Both the position numbers and the translations under genes were made by a program. Shown here in pieces: positions 15,001-26,614 of a DNA stretch of 64,000 nucleotides (positions within the stretch are counted from its first letter, which is position 1; each line of letters begins with the position of its first letter). Source of the DNA: Vitrella brassicaformis CCMP3155. Taxonomy: Eukaryota > Protista > Chromerida. The stretch is taken from the NCBI GenBank assembly GCA_001179505.1, contig CDMY01000938.1, positions 173,948-237,947 of the forward strand, given 5' to 3'. The notes below the pieces were generated by a model. The model made no database searches. It was not told where the DNA came from and saw only the letters and a program-made list of their open reading frames with translations.

Positions 15001-18000
15001 CACGCCCGTGGACCCTTTCAAAGTCGGGTACGTAAGCTGAGCGCACTACCAACCACCAACAAACACACACCAATCACCCCCTCCCTGTGTGTGCAGATCC
15101 AGCGCATCGGCCGACTCGTGCGAATTGCAGCTCAAGTGCGAGTACGAGGAGCCCATCGACGTCAGCAGCCCCCAGACGCGGTGGTTCGAGATCCAGGAGG
15201 AGACGCCACTCTTCTACCTCACTCAGAACCCCGTCGGCTGGAGAGAGCTCAGCCAGGGCGACGACTACTTTGGGGATCTCGTCGGCACTGACGAGCTCGT
15301 GGCCGTCAATGTGATCCCGGGCGAGGGGGCGCGGTCGGGAGCCGTGCCCAGGACTGTCACATTCACTATTGGCTACTATCAGGTGCGATCGAGATGATTG
15401 GAAAGCGAGTTGATCGTGTCTTGTGGTGTGGTGTGGTGTGGGTTGGTAGGTGAGTCCAACGTTGAAGCGCATCGTGGACGCTGAGCTGGCGCTGGAAAAC
15501 TACGACACGACCGATTTGACCAACAAGGCGTACGAGCTCAACATTGTGGTGGAGCACTTGTCCTACTTCGACCTGTTCAACAAGTTCCAGTTCCCTATCG
15601 AATACTACATTGTCATCTACATTATCATTGGTCGGTTCACACCCCATGGTCCCTTCCCTCTCACAGATTGGTCACGTCTTGGTGTGTGAATGCATGTGCT
15701 GATGAAGGTTTCGGCGCTGTGGGTATGGTGTTTGTGGCATGGTTGATCGTGCGGCTGAGCGGGCGGATATCGCGCATTCCGTCCTTTGAGTGGTACGAGT
15801 GTTTTGGGTTCCTCCTGTACACGCCGATGGAGGGGATGCTGTGGGCGACCATCCCGGTGTTCCTGATCATCCTCATTATGTGGGCCTTCTTCTCTGACGA
15901 AATCGCAAACCCTCTCAGGAACATCAACTGCACGTATGGGCGGACGCGCCACACACTATGTGGTGCATCCATCGTGTCTCTCTCTGTTGTGTGTGGTGTG
16001 GGTCAGTTGGAACGACAGCTATCTGTCAGAGGACGATATGGAGACATGTCGCAGAGGCCGGGTGGGTGCGGCATTTTTCCTAGTCTCAATTTTCACCATG
16101 TGGCAGGGTAAGCCGCGAAAAGACCGGCCCGGCCGTTCTGCATCGGTTTCCTCCCTGTGTGCAGGGGCTCGGCTGACGTGTCCTCGTCTGAGGGATGTAG
16201 AAGAGAAGTATCTCAAAGACAAAAACGATGAACAGCTCTACAATGAAGGCCTCCCCGCCGCAGCCAAGGACTCTCGCGTAAGCCGACCACAGCACATAGA
16301 GGCATCCCACAGACACATACGTCTCTTGGGATGTTGTGGATGCAGGCGCTGAAGGACCTGCCCATCCGCTGGAAGCGCAGTCACTTGTTGTTCGTGACGT
16401 TTTTCATTTCCGTGCCGATGATGATCATCATCGAGTTCAGCTACTCGGACTTCTTCGGCAACTACGCTCCCATCATCCTCGTGGTGTTCAAGCTGCTGCA
16501 GGTGTTTCTCGAGCGCATTTTCGAGCTCTCGACGCGCGAGATCCTCCTGGCCACGCCGCAGATGGGGCTCGTGCTGCTGGTGGAGTTCGTCATCACCATG
16601 GGTGCTGACGACTTTGTGGATTTCGTGACGTCGTACTTTATCGAGCTGGCGATGATGATCGGGGAGAAGGTGGCAATCGCGTCGATGGTGCGGTGGATCG
16701 AGCTCAACTGGCGGCGTATGCTATACTGGATACAGACGCGATCCTTGTGGTGGCAATACAGGTACACTGTACTTACTGCGTGAACTTGCAGCTGTCTCGC
16801 TGTGATTGACTGACTGTGTCGTCGCACAAACACACCCACAGGTTGTTTTTCGCGAACCTCTTCTCGGGCACCAAGAAGAAGCGGGAGGACCTGACTTTCA
16901 CTGCCGTCGACGAGAGCACCCGAGTGCTCGGGCGCAGTGCTGACGCGATCGAGGGCGTGATGGACCAGCACGTGGCTGCGGCTCAGGAGGCGATAGGGCT
17001 CTACATGACGCCGTTCGTGATCGTGGTGATAATGATGTTCCCGCAGGAGACCGAGATGGCCGTCAACTACGGCATCCGCGAGAACGATTTGCTGTACTAC
17101 CTGATGTTTGCGATATTCATCATCCCGGCCAAAGTGATGGTGGACACGCTGATCTTGCACCTGATGGAGATGGCCCACGGCATGAAGGTGTACGACTACA
17201 TGCACTACTGCAAGTGGCGCTTCCGCACCAGAATCACCAGGTGGCTCTTTGACGACCCTCGCTTCGACTCTTCTGTCGCGGTGAGTGAGTGAAGCAGATG
17301 CAGCAGAACAGCATGGCTGATTCTGAGTGGTGACTGGCTGGTCTCTGTTCGTGTCTCTGGTGTGTGCAGGAGAGCTACCAATCGATAAACCACCTGGCTT
17401 TCTCCAGTCAGTTTTACTTCATTTCCGTTTACTTCACATGGGGCCCGATGCTGCTGCTCTTCGCCTACACCATGCTCGTTAGAGCCGAGTACAATCCCTT
17501 CGCTGACATGGCCTTCCCCCTGCTGCTGCTCTTCTGCGGCCTGTGTGCACGCCTGACCAACAAGATGGTCACGTGGTTCACTCAGAGGGCCCTGTGGCAA
17601 GTCAAGAAACATACATTCGAGCGCCTCTTTGCCGCACAAGTGCGGTCGACGCTGCACCATCGATCGCTGCAGAGGGCCACTGAGGTCAGCGAAACGAAAA
17701 AAGACGCCAGTCGACATCACCATGCGTGTGTCCGTTTCTCTGACTGGCACAGAAATGGCGAAGGAACTTTGCCGAGCGTCATCGTCCCTTCCTCATCAAG
17801 GAGCTGTCGTCCATCTACACCCCTCGAGCGAGAGACAGACACAGACAAATGCTCAGCGAGGTCTACCAAGAGGTGTTCCGAATGAAGGGCAGACAGCACA
17901 CCTACTACACCGGCGCCGAGATCACCAAGAAGAAGGCGCCCAAAAAGCCTTCCACCGCTAAGCGGCCCTCCGTTGACTTCACTGCGTCTCGGCGCGACAG

Positions 18001-19030
18001 CAGCCTCACAGACATCAGAGAAATCGAGCCAGAGCAGGTGCAGCCCGCAATCATGGAGGAGGATCGCACGATGGAGAAGATCAGCAGCTGCACCAGGGCA
18101 GCAGGAAAGCTGTGGCTGGAAGCGGCCCGGCAGAAGGCGCACCTGCTGCTAGTGGCAGAGAGACACTTGGCCGACGAAGTGACCAGGAGAGCAGAGGAGC
18201 CACAGGAGTCGACACACTGCCAGCAGTGCGGCTGCCCTCCTGTGTGGGGCGACCAGCTTCTCCCTCTCCCAACTCGCGAGCCGTCAACGCTGCTGCCGCA
18301 CTTTTATAAGTTGCTTGAGGCCTCCCAGATTATCCAGAGCGGCTTGACAGCCGGCCGTCGGCGATCGCGAGAGATGGTGGAGGACAAGTGGCGGGGCTAC
18401 CTCGACGACCACCAGAGATGGCAGCCGCTGTGCAGAAGGTGTGCTCTCGATAGGGGCCTCGGCTCGTACCTTCGTGTGGCACCCACAGCTTCGCCATCAA
18501 CGCCACCACCCCCATGGACGTCGACCCCTGTCCCCCTTGCGGAAGCAATGGCGTCGCCACCGGTCAAGAGACATGTGTGGAGCGACGACATTGAAAGCCC
18601 AGCTCCTCAGGACAAGCCCCCAGACATGGGCGAAGGAGAAGGACTTGCAGAGGCAGCAGAGGAGGAGGAGGAGCCGCCCATCACGCTGACAGTCGATCAG
18701 GAGGAAGGGCCTCCCCCAGTGGCAGCAAGAGAGGATGAGACAGAAGCCATGGCCGACACTGAACCTGTCCAGCCTCCACAAGAGCCCCCCGAATCATCGT
18801 TCCGTCCACCCCTCCCACCCCCTGCCCCGCGACCACCACCAGAACCAGACATACCTCGCCCTGTGCCGCCACTCCCGCCAGACATAGAGGAGGAAGAAGC
18901 GCCGTTGTGGGCTGGGAGGAGTGTTGTTGTCTCTGCAGCGAGCCGGAGCATGATGCTTGATTGGTTGGAGATGGGCCGGAGACGAAGGCGGCAGAATGCG
19001 ACGCTGAGGAGGGGGCGGGAAGGGCGATGA
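1..19030 (+). CDS. Giant multi-exon membrane protein: many IPT/TIG-like beta-sandwich repeats, GCC2/GCC3-type (ephrin-receptor-like) Cys-rich repeats, multipass TM region, Pro/Glu-rich cytosolic tail; 5' end lies outside the window
   Basis: Frame is open from base 2. Successive ORFs join in frame through GT-AG introns (checked: 4140-4200, 5199-5264, 8287-8353, 8525-8584, 9754-9827, 10026-10084, 10778-10847, 11375-11464, 11744-11819, 11851-11909, 12018-12078). IPT-like motifs (e.g. PQRGPYTGGTIVSIIGSDF...CVSPP...VKVSLNGIDF); CPxGxYC repeats at ~11180-13850; hydrophobic helices at ~15590-17600; stop TGA at 19028-19030. Confidence 0.85.
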
Positions 19031-19644
19031 GGGGAGAAAGGCAGAGTCGGTCAGGGTTGGATCAGATCAGATTCTGTCATGAGATGTCATGTCGATTGTG
19101 AGGGCAAGTGTCGGTTGTTGGCGGCTGTATGCAGCGGTTGTATGCAGCTATTTTGTGCAGAACGCTGCTGTGAGTGTGAGTGTGTGTGGTGTACAGATGC
19201 GATGCGTGGTGTAGGTAGGCCGTCGATGAGCCCTTTCAATTGTCGATAAGTGATCAGAGATCTATCCATGTGGATGCGTGCGTGCCTCTCTTACGTTTTT
19301 GTATGCATCGCTGTACATTCATTCATCCGTCCATCCATCCATCCATTCACACATAGAAGGATCCACGCACACGCACAACTGGTGTCTGTCTGCAGTCTCC
19401 CACCTGCCACAGACACCGGTAGGCGCCCTCCCCCTCCCTCCCTCCCTCCCTTTCTCCATATTCACAGCCCTCCCTCCCTCTCTGAATGCATCTGCAGCAG
19501 CTAGCTAGCTGGCTAGCTGCGTATAGGCTTCTACCGCTCGACGCGCCAAGGTGCCTGACGATGGCTATCTGACGGCCAAACAGGACAGGCACAACACAAC
19601 ACAATCCAGCTCAGCTACAGATGCCTGACTGCCTGCCCACTTAG

Positions 19645-21504
19645 TTATTGTGTAGGTTGGTTCTCGAGGAGTGTGGGGTTGGGGGCAAATAGGACCTTGC
19701 AGCCCTCCTGAGCGGACCAGCTAATGGTGCGAACGAGGTCGCCGCGGCGCGCGAGCCTCTTGATGACCAGACTGAGCTTCAGCTCCTCGTTGAGCAGCGC
19801 CTCCTCGCTGTCAGGATTGATGTGAGTGGCCATGTACCTGACACCATACACACACACACACACACGCAGATATTGATGTCCGCCCACCCACCCAGGCCGC
19901 GCAGACGTACCAGTCTATGAGTTGCTTCTGCGTCACGTGTCTGCCCGCCCCCTCCTCAGCGCCACAATACGCGACCATTCGCAGCTTGATCGTGCCGAAG
20001 TCTGAAACCGTCATCCTGATCTGCATACACACATGGCAGGGACAAATCGGACCACCACTTTTGTTTATCATCCATGCCATGTGTACGAGTTGTGATGACT
20101 GAGTGACTGACCGACCGTCTGGGGCCCTTGGTTGCTATCAAACACTCGGCGACCCGTGCGGTGCAACACCGGGCGCATCAGGGCCGTCGACTGAGGAAAC
20201 TGGAGGCGGAACCCTTGCAAGCGTCGATGCTGATCATCCGCAGCGCCGCCAACACTCGGCTCCGTCGTGAACACCTGCATCCTGACTGCACACCCACACC
20301 CCCACACACAGAGGGGAGAGTCGACGTGCGATGAATCCCAGCCGCTACGCTACTCACCTTGATAGTCCTCCTCTTGGATGTTTATGCCGGCCACAAATGG
20401 GTGGCCCCCCACTCCCAGTGGCGTCACCAGTACAGTCCGTTGTGTCGTGTCGGTGTCAGTCATGGTGGCCATGTGTGCCGTGACGCCCTCGGCAAACGGC
20501 CGGTGCACGGGCCGCCGCATCAAATCCATCAGGTCCTCCTCAACCTCGTCACTTCTGCGTATACACACACAATCAATGAATGACACACAGACAACAGAGC
20601 GCCCTCACTCACCCACCCCCCGCTCAACCGCCCGCAACCTGACTGACCTGCCACGGCCGATCCACTGCGATTTGGCTATCGATCCCCAGGCCCAGGCGGC
20701 CGTGATGATGAGCGCCATCAGGAACGCCGAGAACGAGGCTTCCAGCTCGAACCCCTGATCGACCACCCAGCTGGCCGTGTCGACGTCATAGGCCGTGATG
20801 GAATGTCGCACGGGCGGGTTCTGCGGATCGCTATGCTGCTGGAATGGATGGTCGGCGGGCAGGTCGGGCGCCAGCTCGATTTCGAAGTCCGACTCGTCCT
20901 GTATCGCACGCAGGCTGCCATGGCCGTCGACGAACAGCTCCAGTCGACCCATTCCACCGCCCAGGTCGACATGCCTGCCAACCAGCTTCCACAACGCTAC
21001 CACACGCGGCTCAGCCAGAAACGCCTGCATCACATCCATCCATTCATCCGTCCATCCACCGAGTGTCCATTTCCTCTCCCTCCCTCCTTCCCTTCTTACT
21101 TGTTTGGTGCGATGCCTCTGCAGGTCCCCCCGTGTGATGATGGCCGGCAGGCTGCAGAGTCCGCACTGACCGGCGAGTCGCAGCGCGTCTGCTGCCTCGT
21201 CCCACCGGTTGTGCTCCACCACCCACATGCACTTGAGCAGCTCAGCCGCCTCCAGGCTGTCGTCGAACGAGATCACAGCGTGCAGACGTGTGTCGTCCTC
21301 AAGATGCGTTTCGTGCAGCAGCCGACTGAGCCGCCCGCTCAGCATGGAGCGCTCAGCGAGGAAGAGGGCTGCTGTGCGGAGGCTGCCGACGTCACTTGAG
21401 GTGTGCGCTGCATCTCGCCCGTCCTCGGTATGGATGAAGTCGAGGCATTGGCCGCGGAAGGCAGGAACCGACGTGTCGGCGCTCCTGCTGTGCACGTTAC
21501 CCAT
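19645..21504 (-). CDS. Hypothetical protein, about 6 exons, with N-terminal MGxxxS myristoylation motif
   Basis: ATG at 21504 gives MGNVHSRS. ORFs 20605..21507, 20350..20586, 20068..20307, 19811..20080 and 19645..19887 contain coding-like segments separated by microsatellite-rich introns. No recognisable domain. Confidence 0.6.
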
Positions 21505-22165
21505 CACCAGCTAGCTACTGTCGCGCCACGTCCATGACCATTACATTTGCGCGCTCATGTCGTCCTCAATTCATGAGCACAGTAACATGCCTGTCCTTTT
21601 TTGAGGCTTTAGACACTTCCCGACCATACAATCAGTCACGTCATTCTTATCATCTGCTCGTGCGTGATGCCACCTGAGAACTCCAAGCACTGTGTGAGAT
21701 AGGAGTCGCAACCACCACAGGTCTGCAGTGACGGATGCAACTTGCCTCACACAGGTCACGGTGCCAGCTCGGGGGAAAGCACACACTCAACGAGTAACTC
21801 AGGCCGCTGACAAGCAGCCAAGTAACATTAGCGCCTTCACGTCTGTCTGGATTTGGTTGCTTCAGCGCTTCCCGTGTCCGCGATATCGGCTTGCCCCATC
21901 GCTCATTCGACCAGCGACGGGACATGCCAACACTACGGGCATGAAAGGCCCCAAAGCAACCAAATCCGCAACCGATATAGAAAACAAGGCAGACACGCAA
22001 AAAGCCATCGATGCCGCCAGGCCAGGGCAGGGCAGGCCTGTCTGGATGCGAATGAGAAAGCGCATCGAGCCTCATACGCGTCACCAAAAACGTACAAACA
22101 CAGGTACGCACCCACCCCATCCCATCCTACCCTACCACTCGGTCTCTCGTCTCACATGCAGTCAG

Positions 22166-24074
22166 TCACCCCTTACCGCCGAAGTGCCCGTGGCCGCGGA
22201 ACAAGGCGACGCTCTCAATCATGGTCAGCACAGAGCTGGCCCCCACAGCCGCCGCCACGATGAGGATGACATAGGACTTCCGGCCGTACCTCACCGACAC
22301 GTAGTGCACCAGCCGCACGCCGCAGTAGGAGGCCAGGGTGGTCATGGTTCCGAAGAAGAGGGCGGCGGTGATGATGATTCGGTTGATCAGCAGGTATTGG
22401 AAGGTGGTCGACGTGGCCGTGAAGATGACGCACGTGGCCGCCGTCGCGACCGTCACCACGGCGTCGATCTCCATGAAGACGAAGAAGGGCGAGAAGATCA
22501 GCCCGCCGCCGATGCCGAGCAGCCCCGAACAGATGCCGGCGACAAGAGAGACGCCGGCGAAGAGCCCACACCGCTTCTTAGTCCACTCGGTGTTGAGGCC
22601 AGCCAGCAGCTGGAGAGCGAAGCCCCCCTCAACCACGGAGCACAGCAGCAGCCCCAGCACGACGAACAGGCCGGCGATGACTCTGTGGTGGCCCTTGTAG
22701 TGGTGCAGCATCGCCCCGCAGGTGATGACCGAGAGAAGCACCATCAGGAGGATGCTGATGTCCTGGTACATCTGGAACCGGGAGGGCGGCGCATGGACTG
22801 CCTGCAGAGAGGCCACCGGGCCAGGCAGGGGTATTGACGGGAGAGTGATGCCGCCTCTCGCCCACCGGCCGCCCAGCCGGCCCATGATGCCCCTGCCTTG
22901 GTCCTGTATGAGCGTCTCAGACATGGCCGCCACGTCGGATATGTGGGCGAACTGATAGGTGCCGTTCTCATCCTCCAAGCCACTCTCGCCCGCTGACGCA
23001 TAGCTCATGGTGTACTCGCTCTGTGGGTGGGCACTCGATGAGCCGTTCATGCCGACGCCGAAGGAGTAGCGCGGTGGCAGTGGCCGAAAGCTGCTGCTGC
23101 TACTGGTGCTGCTGCTGCTGCTGGCTGCTGCCTCCTTCCCCGCAGATGTGTCCGCTTCGGTCTTGGCGTCGCCCTCGCTCTCCGTCTTCTTGCCGTCCAT
23201 TTCCTCCTCCTCCCTCGTCGACTCCGTGGGTGCCCTCGACGCGGTAGGGGCCGCCTCTCTTTCACTCTCAGCAGTCTCGCTTGTCACTGCCGATGGCCCC
23301 CCCTCCCCTCCCTCCTCCAGAGGACCGTTCTGCGTCCTGCCGGTGGGTTCGTCATCGGTCAGCTTGGCCACAGAGGTGAGGTCTTCCTGGGACCTGCCGT
23401 GGATCTGGACGAGAGAGATCTCCTGGAAGGCGGGCTCGCGGGCCGCTGCGGTCTCCCGCTGGTAGGTGGTGAGTCCGGTGTGCAGGGTGCGATAAGTGAC
23501 GAGGGACAGGAGGACGAACAGCAGGGCGACGATGCACCACTGCGGGAGAACGCCGTTAAAAAAGACGCCCAGCAGCGTGCCTGCCAGGGCCATCGGCACA
23601 ACCATTTTACACAGCTCCTGAATGAACGAAACACGTCGACAGACAGGCAATGAATGGGCTGCTGCGAGGCGAGGGCATTGTGTGGAGTGTCGGTGCTTGT
23701 TACAAAATCAATCAGCGGGCCTCCGTGCAGCGGGTGGCGCTTCCGAATGTTCAGACAGAACGAAATGATCGAGCCGGTGAAGATCATCGCCTGCACACAG
23801 CCACACAGCCAGTCAGCCATGCACACACAGCACCATGGCTCCTCGCGTCGTTCCCGCTTTTCCTTTGCCCCCTGCGCACCTTGCTCAGTGGAACGGCATC
23901 CCACGCCTCGTATCTGCCGACAAAGATGAGAAGGGCGACGAAGACACCCCCGCCCCCTATCCCCGCGGCCGACACCATCACGCCGCCGACGAAGATAGCC
24001 ACGGCCGTCACATAGGACTCCCACTCAGCCAGAGAAAAGCTCCCATGATAGCCTTCTGAGTCGATGAGTACCAT
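22166..24074 (-). CDS. Sulfite exporter TauE/SafE (DUF81) family membrane protein, paralogue 1
   Basis: SAAGIGGGGVFVALL...DAVPLSK and GICSGLLGIGGGLIFSPFF motifs in both halves; RHP...PLIDF motif; two introns; long acidic/Ser-rich central loop. Confidence 0.9.
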
Positions 24075-24232
24075 CGCTGCGAGGAAAGCGGTGGCTATGC
24101 CCCTTGCGCCTGTGTGTTAACGAGGTACGTGCAGCACACCACTCTCCTGTGAGGGCAGAAAACGATCGGTCCAAGCTCGCAGCAGATCTCCGGCTAGAGG
24201 TGCAGCACGGGCTGTTCTGCGCAGCAGCGACA

Positions 24233-25351
24233 ATGTCGTCATCCAGGGTTGCGGCCGTGTTTGTGTCCGTCGCATCTGCGCTGAGCCTTGCCGATGCTTT
24301 CAACCCACTGAGGCCGCCAGCGGTGTCACTGTCGCGGTCTGCATTGGCCAATGATGGCAGATCCAGGGCCAGGAGATCCTCGGGCGGCAGCACGGCAGCG
24401 TTTGCGACTGAGGTGGAAGTGGAGGTGACGGAGGATGACATCAAAGACTTCAAGAGGAAGTTCAAGGCGCAGATGATCGCACCCGACGGCAAGCCGTACG
24501 CGCCATGGATGATGCAGCAGATGGAGGCCGCCGGTGAGCCGACCAGCAGCGGCTGGCAGATAGGTCGGAGCAGCCGGATCTGAGTCATCGGTGTGTGTGT
24601 GTGTGTTTGGCAGGTCTGACGCAGGAGGAGGCCATCGTGGCCTTCATCAAGAGGAACAAGATCAAGGAGATGAACGCACAGACCAAGAAGATCCGGTCAG
24701 CCGCCGAAATCAACGAGAACATCAAACTCACACAAATCGCAGACGACGAGGCAAGCACTGATGCCCCAGCTGTGGTTGTCTCTGGCTGACAAGCATAAGC
24801 CTTTCATGTTAACTTGGCTGGCAGGTATTGATTGAGTGGTCCACTGAGGAGGAGAAGGACGTTGTCGGGTTCAAGATCTTTCGAAGACCGGTATATACAC
24901 CACACACACACAAAACAGCACAACCACCCACTTGTTACCTGTTCACCCACGAAAACATACCTGCAGATCGCCGGTGACGACTTCACGCTGGTCAACTCGT
25001 ACGAAACTTTCGACGCCCTCAAGTCCAAGGGCGCGATGGGGGGCGTCTATCGCATCATTGAGGACGAGCTGACATCGGGCGAGTGGGTCTACAAAGTCAC
25101 AGCCATCACATCCCAGGGCAGAAGCGACGACGTGGCACTGGTTAGTGAGTCAGTCAATATTGAAGAGAGGCCGGCCTTTCATCCATCCACGCACGTCCGA
25201 TGAGTATTGTCTGTCTGTCTGTTAGGGTAATGTGCAAGTGCTGACAGCCGACGAGCGGAACAAGCAGCGTCTGCTGACGATCGGCGTGCTGGGTGCCGCG
25301 GCCCTCATGATTGTGGCCTTCTTCTTTGCCGACCAGCCAAACCTCTCGTGA
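24233..25351 (+). CDS. Putative plastid-targeted protein with FN3-like domain and C-terminal TM anchor
   Basis: Five exons: 24233-24533, 24614-24750, 24825-24890, 24967-25140, 25226-25351, all in frame (intron 2 is GC-AG). Signal peptide ending ...LSLADA|F, then a Ser/Arg-rich transit peptide. VLIEWSTEEEKDVVGFKIFRR...YKVTAI is FN3-like. C-terminal LLTIGVLGAAALMIVAFFFA helix. Confidence 0.75.
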
Positions 25352-25858
25352 CGCCCCGCCCGTCCGTGTGCTGTGTGTGCTGGTTGTCGATGTGGCTGTT
25401 GGTTGATTTGATGTGCGACGTGCGCATGGCGGATGCGATTTTTGTGTCGATAGATATGTGTGTGTGTACGGTTGCGTGCGGCGTCTGTCGAGCGAGTTTT
25501 GGTTGCTTGCGGTGGTCTGTGAATGCAGCAGCTCGTCTGGATGCGATGAGTTTTTCTTGCAAGCGTGTGGCCGTCATTGTGACGACGGACGCAGCGCAAC
25601 AAGACACGAGAAGACGATCAGACGATGAGTTGATGATGTTGTGCGTCATTCAATCAGTCTGTCGATTGTCAGTCGGTCGATCATCAGCATGGGATCACTC
25701 ACAGCACGATGCCCGCGAGTTTGGCCAGTCCGACTCTCAGCGATCTCGTGGCGCGAACCAGCTTGAGTTCCGTCCTGCTCAGTCTCGGGTAGCTGACCGA
25801 CAAATCATGGCACACACATATTCCATCAGGTGCCTCTCTCTTGCGTGTTGACCAGCTC

Positions 25859-26339
25859 TTACCCAACGAGTGAGTGCATCGGGATGGCGTCAGGATGTGC
25901 GGGCACACACCTGACAACAGAAGAAGATGGTTGCTGCACACATTTGTGAGTGTGTGTGTGTGTGTGTCTCACTTCTTGTTGACTGTCGAGAATACACACT
26001 TCCTGTCTCTGTCGCACCTCCACTGAGTTATCATCCTGAACGAACAAACACACGCACTTCTCGTGCAGAGACACTGAAAAGACGCCTCCGTCCACCCACC
26101 GGAAGGCTCCTCTGTTGTCGGCGCATTGCTTGTCTCTGCATCTGCCCGTGGACTTGTCTGTCCATGACGCATCTGCCGTCGGTCTGTCTGGTGCTGCACG
26201 AGAAGCGGGGCGTCTCTGAACATGTGCGCTGAGCTGCTGCGGTCGTGTACTGCTCGTATGTCATTGACGGCGGAATCAGACCCCAGGCAGGCACCACGAC
26301 CAAAGCGGCGCACAGCAACACCACGAGCGAGGAACTCAT
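25859..26339 (-). pseudogene. Small secreted Cys-rich protein gene, copy A (signal peptide present, two frameshifts)
   Basis: ATG at 26339 gives MSSSLVVLLCAALVVVPAWG. Relative to copy B it has a 4-nt insertion (~26157) and a 1-nt insertion (~26084) that put the Cys-rich downstream exons out of frame. Two GT-AG introns. Confidence 0.6.
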
Positions 26340-26614
26340 CGTTACAGTTTCCTGGCGATGAGTGACTCTGTGTGCCTGGTCCATCTGTCGGTGTCTGATC
26401 AATATGTCGACGCGTATTGCATGCATTGTACTGTACACAGAAGTATGTACATCGATGTATCTATCGGTGGACGCACGGCCTTCGCCTACGTTGACATCAC
26501 AAGATGCATCGAGCAAGAGTGTCTCACCGTCACCCACAGCCGCGCAACCCAGCACATTGCATTGCATTGTCAATTGTCAGACAAACGAGGCAAACGAAGG
26601 AACCATCACCGTCA

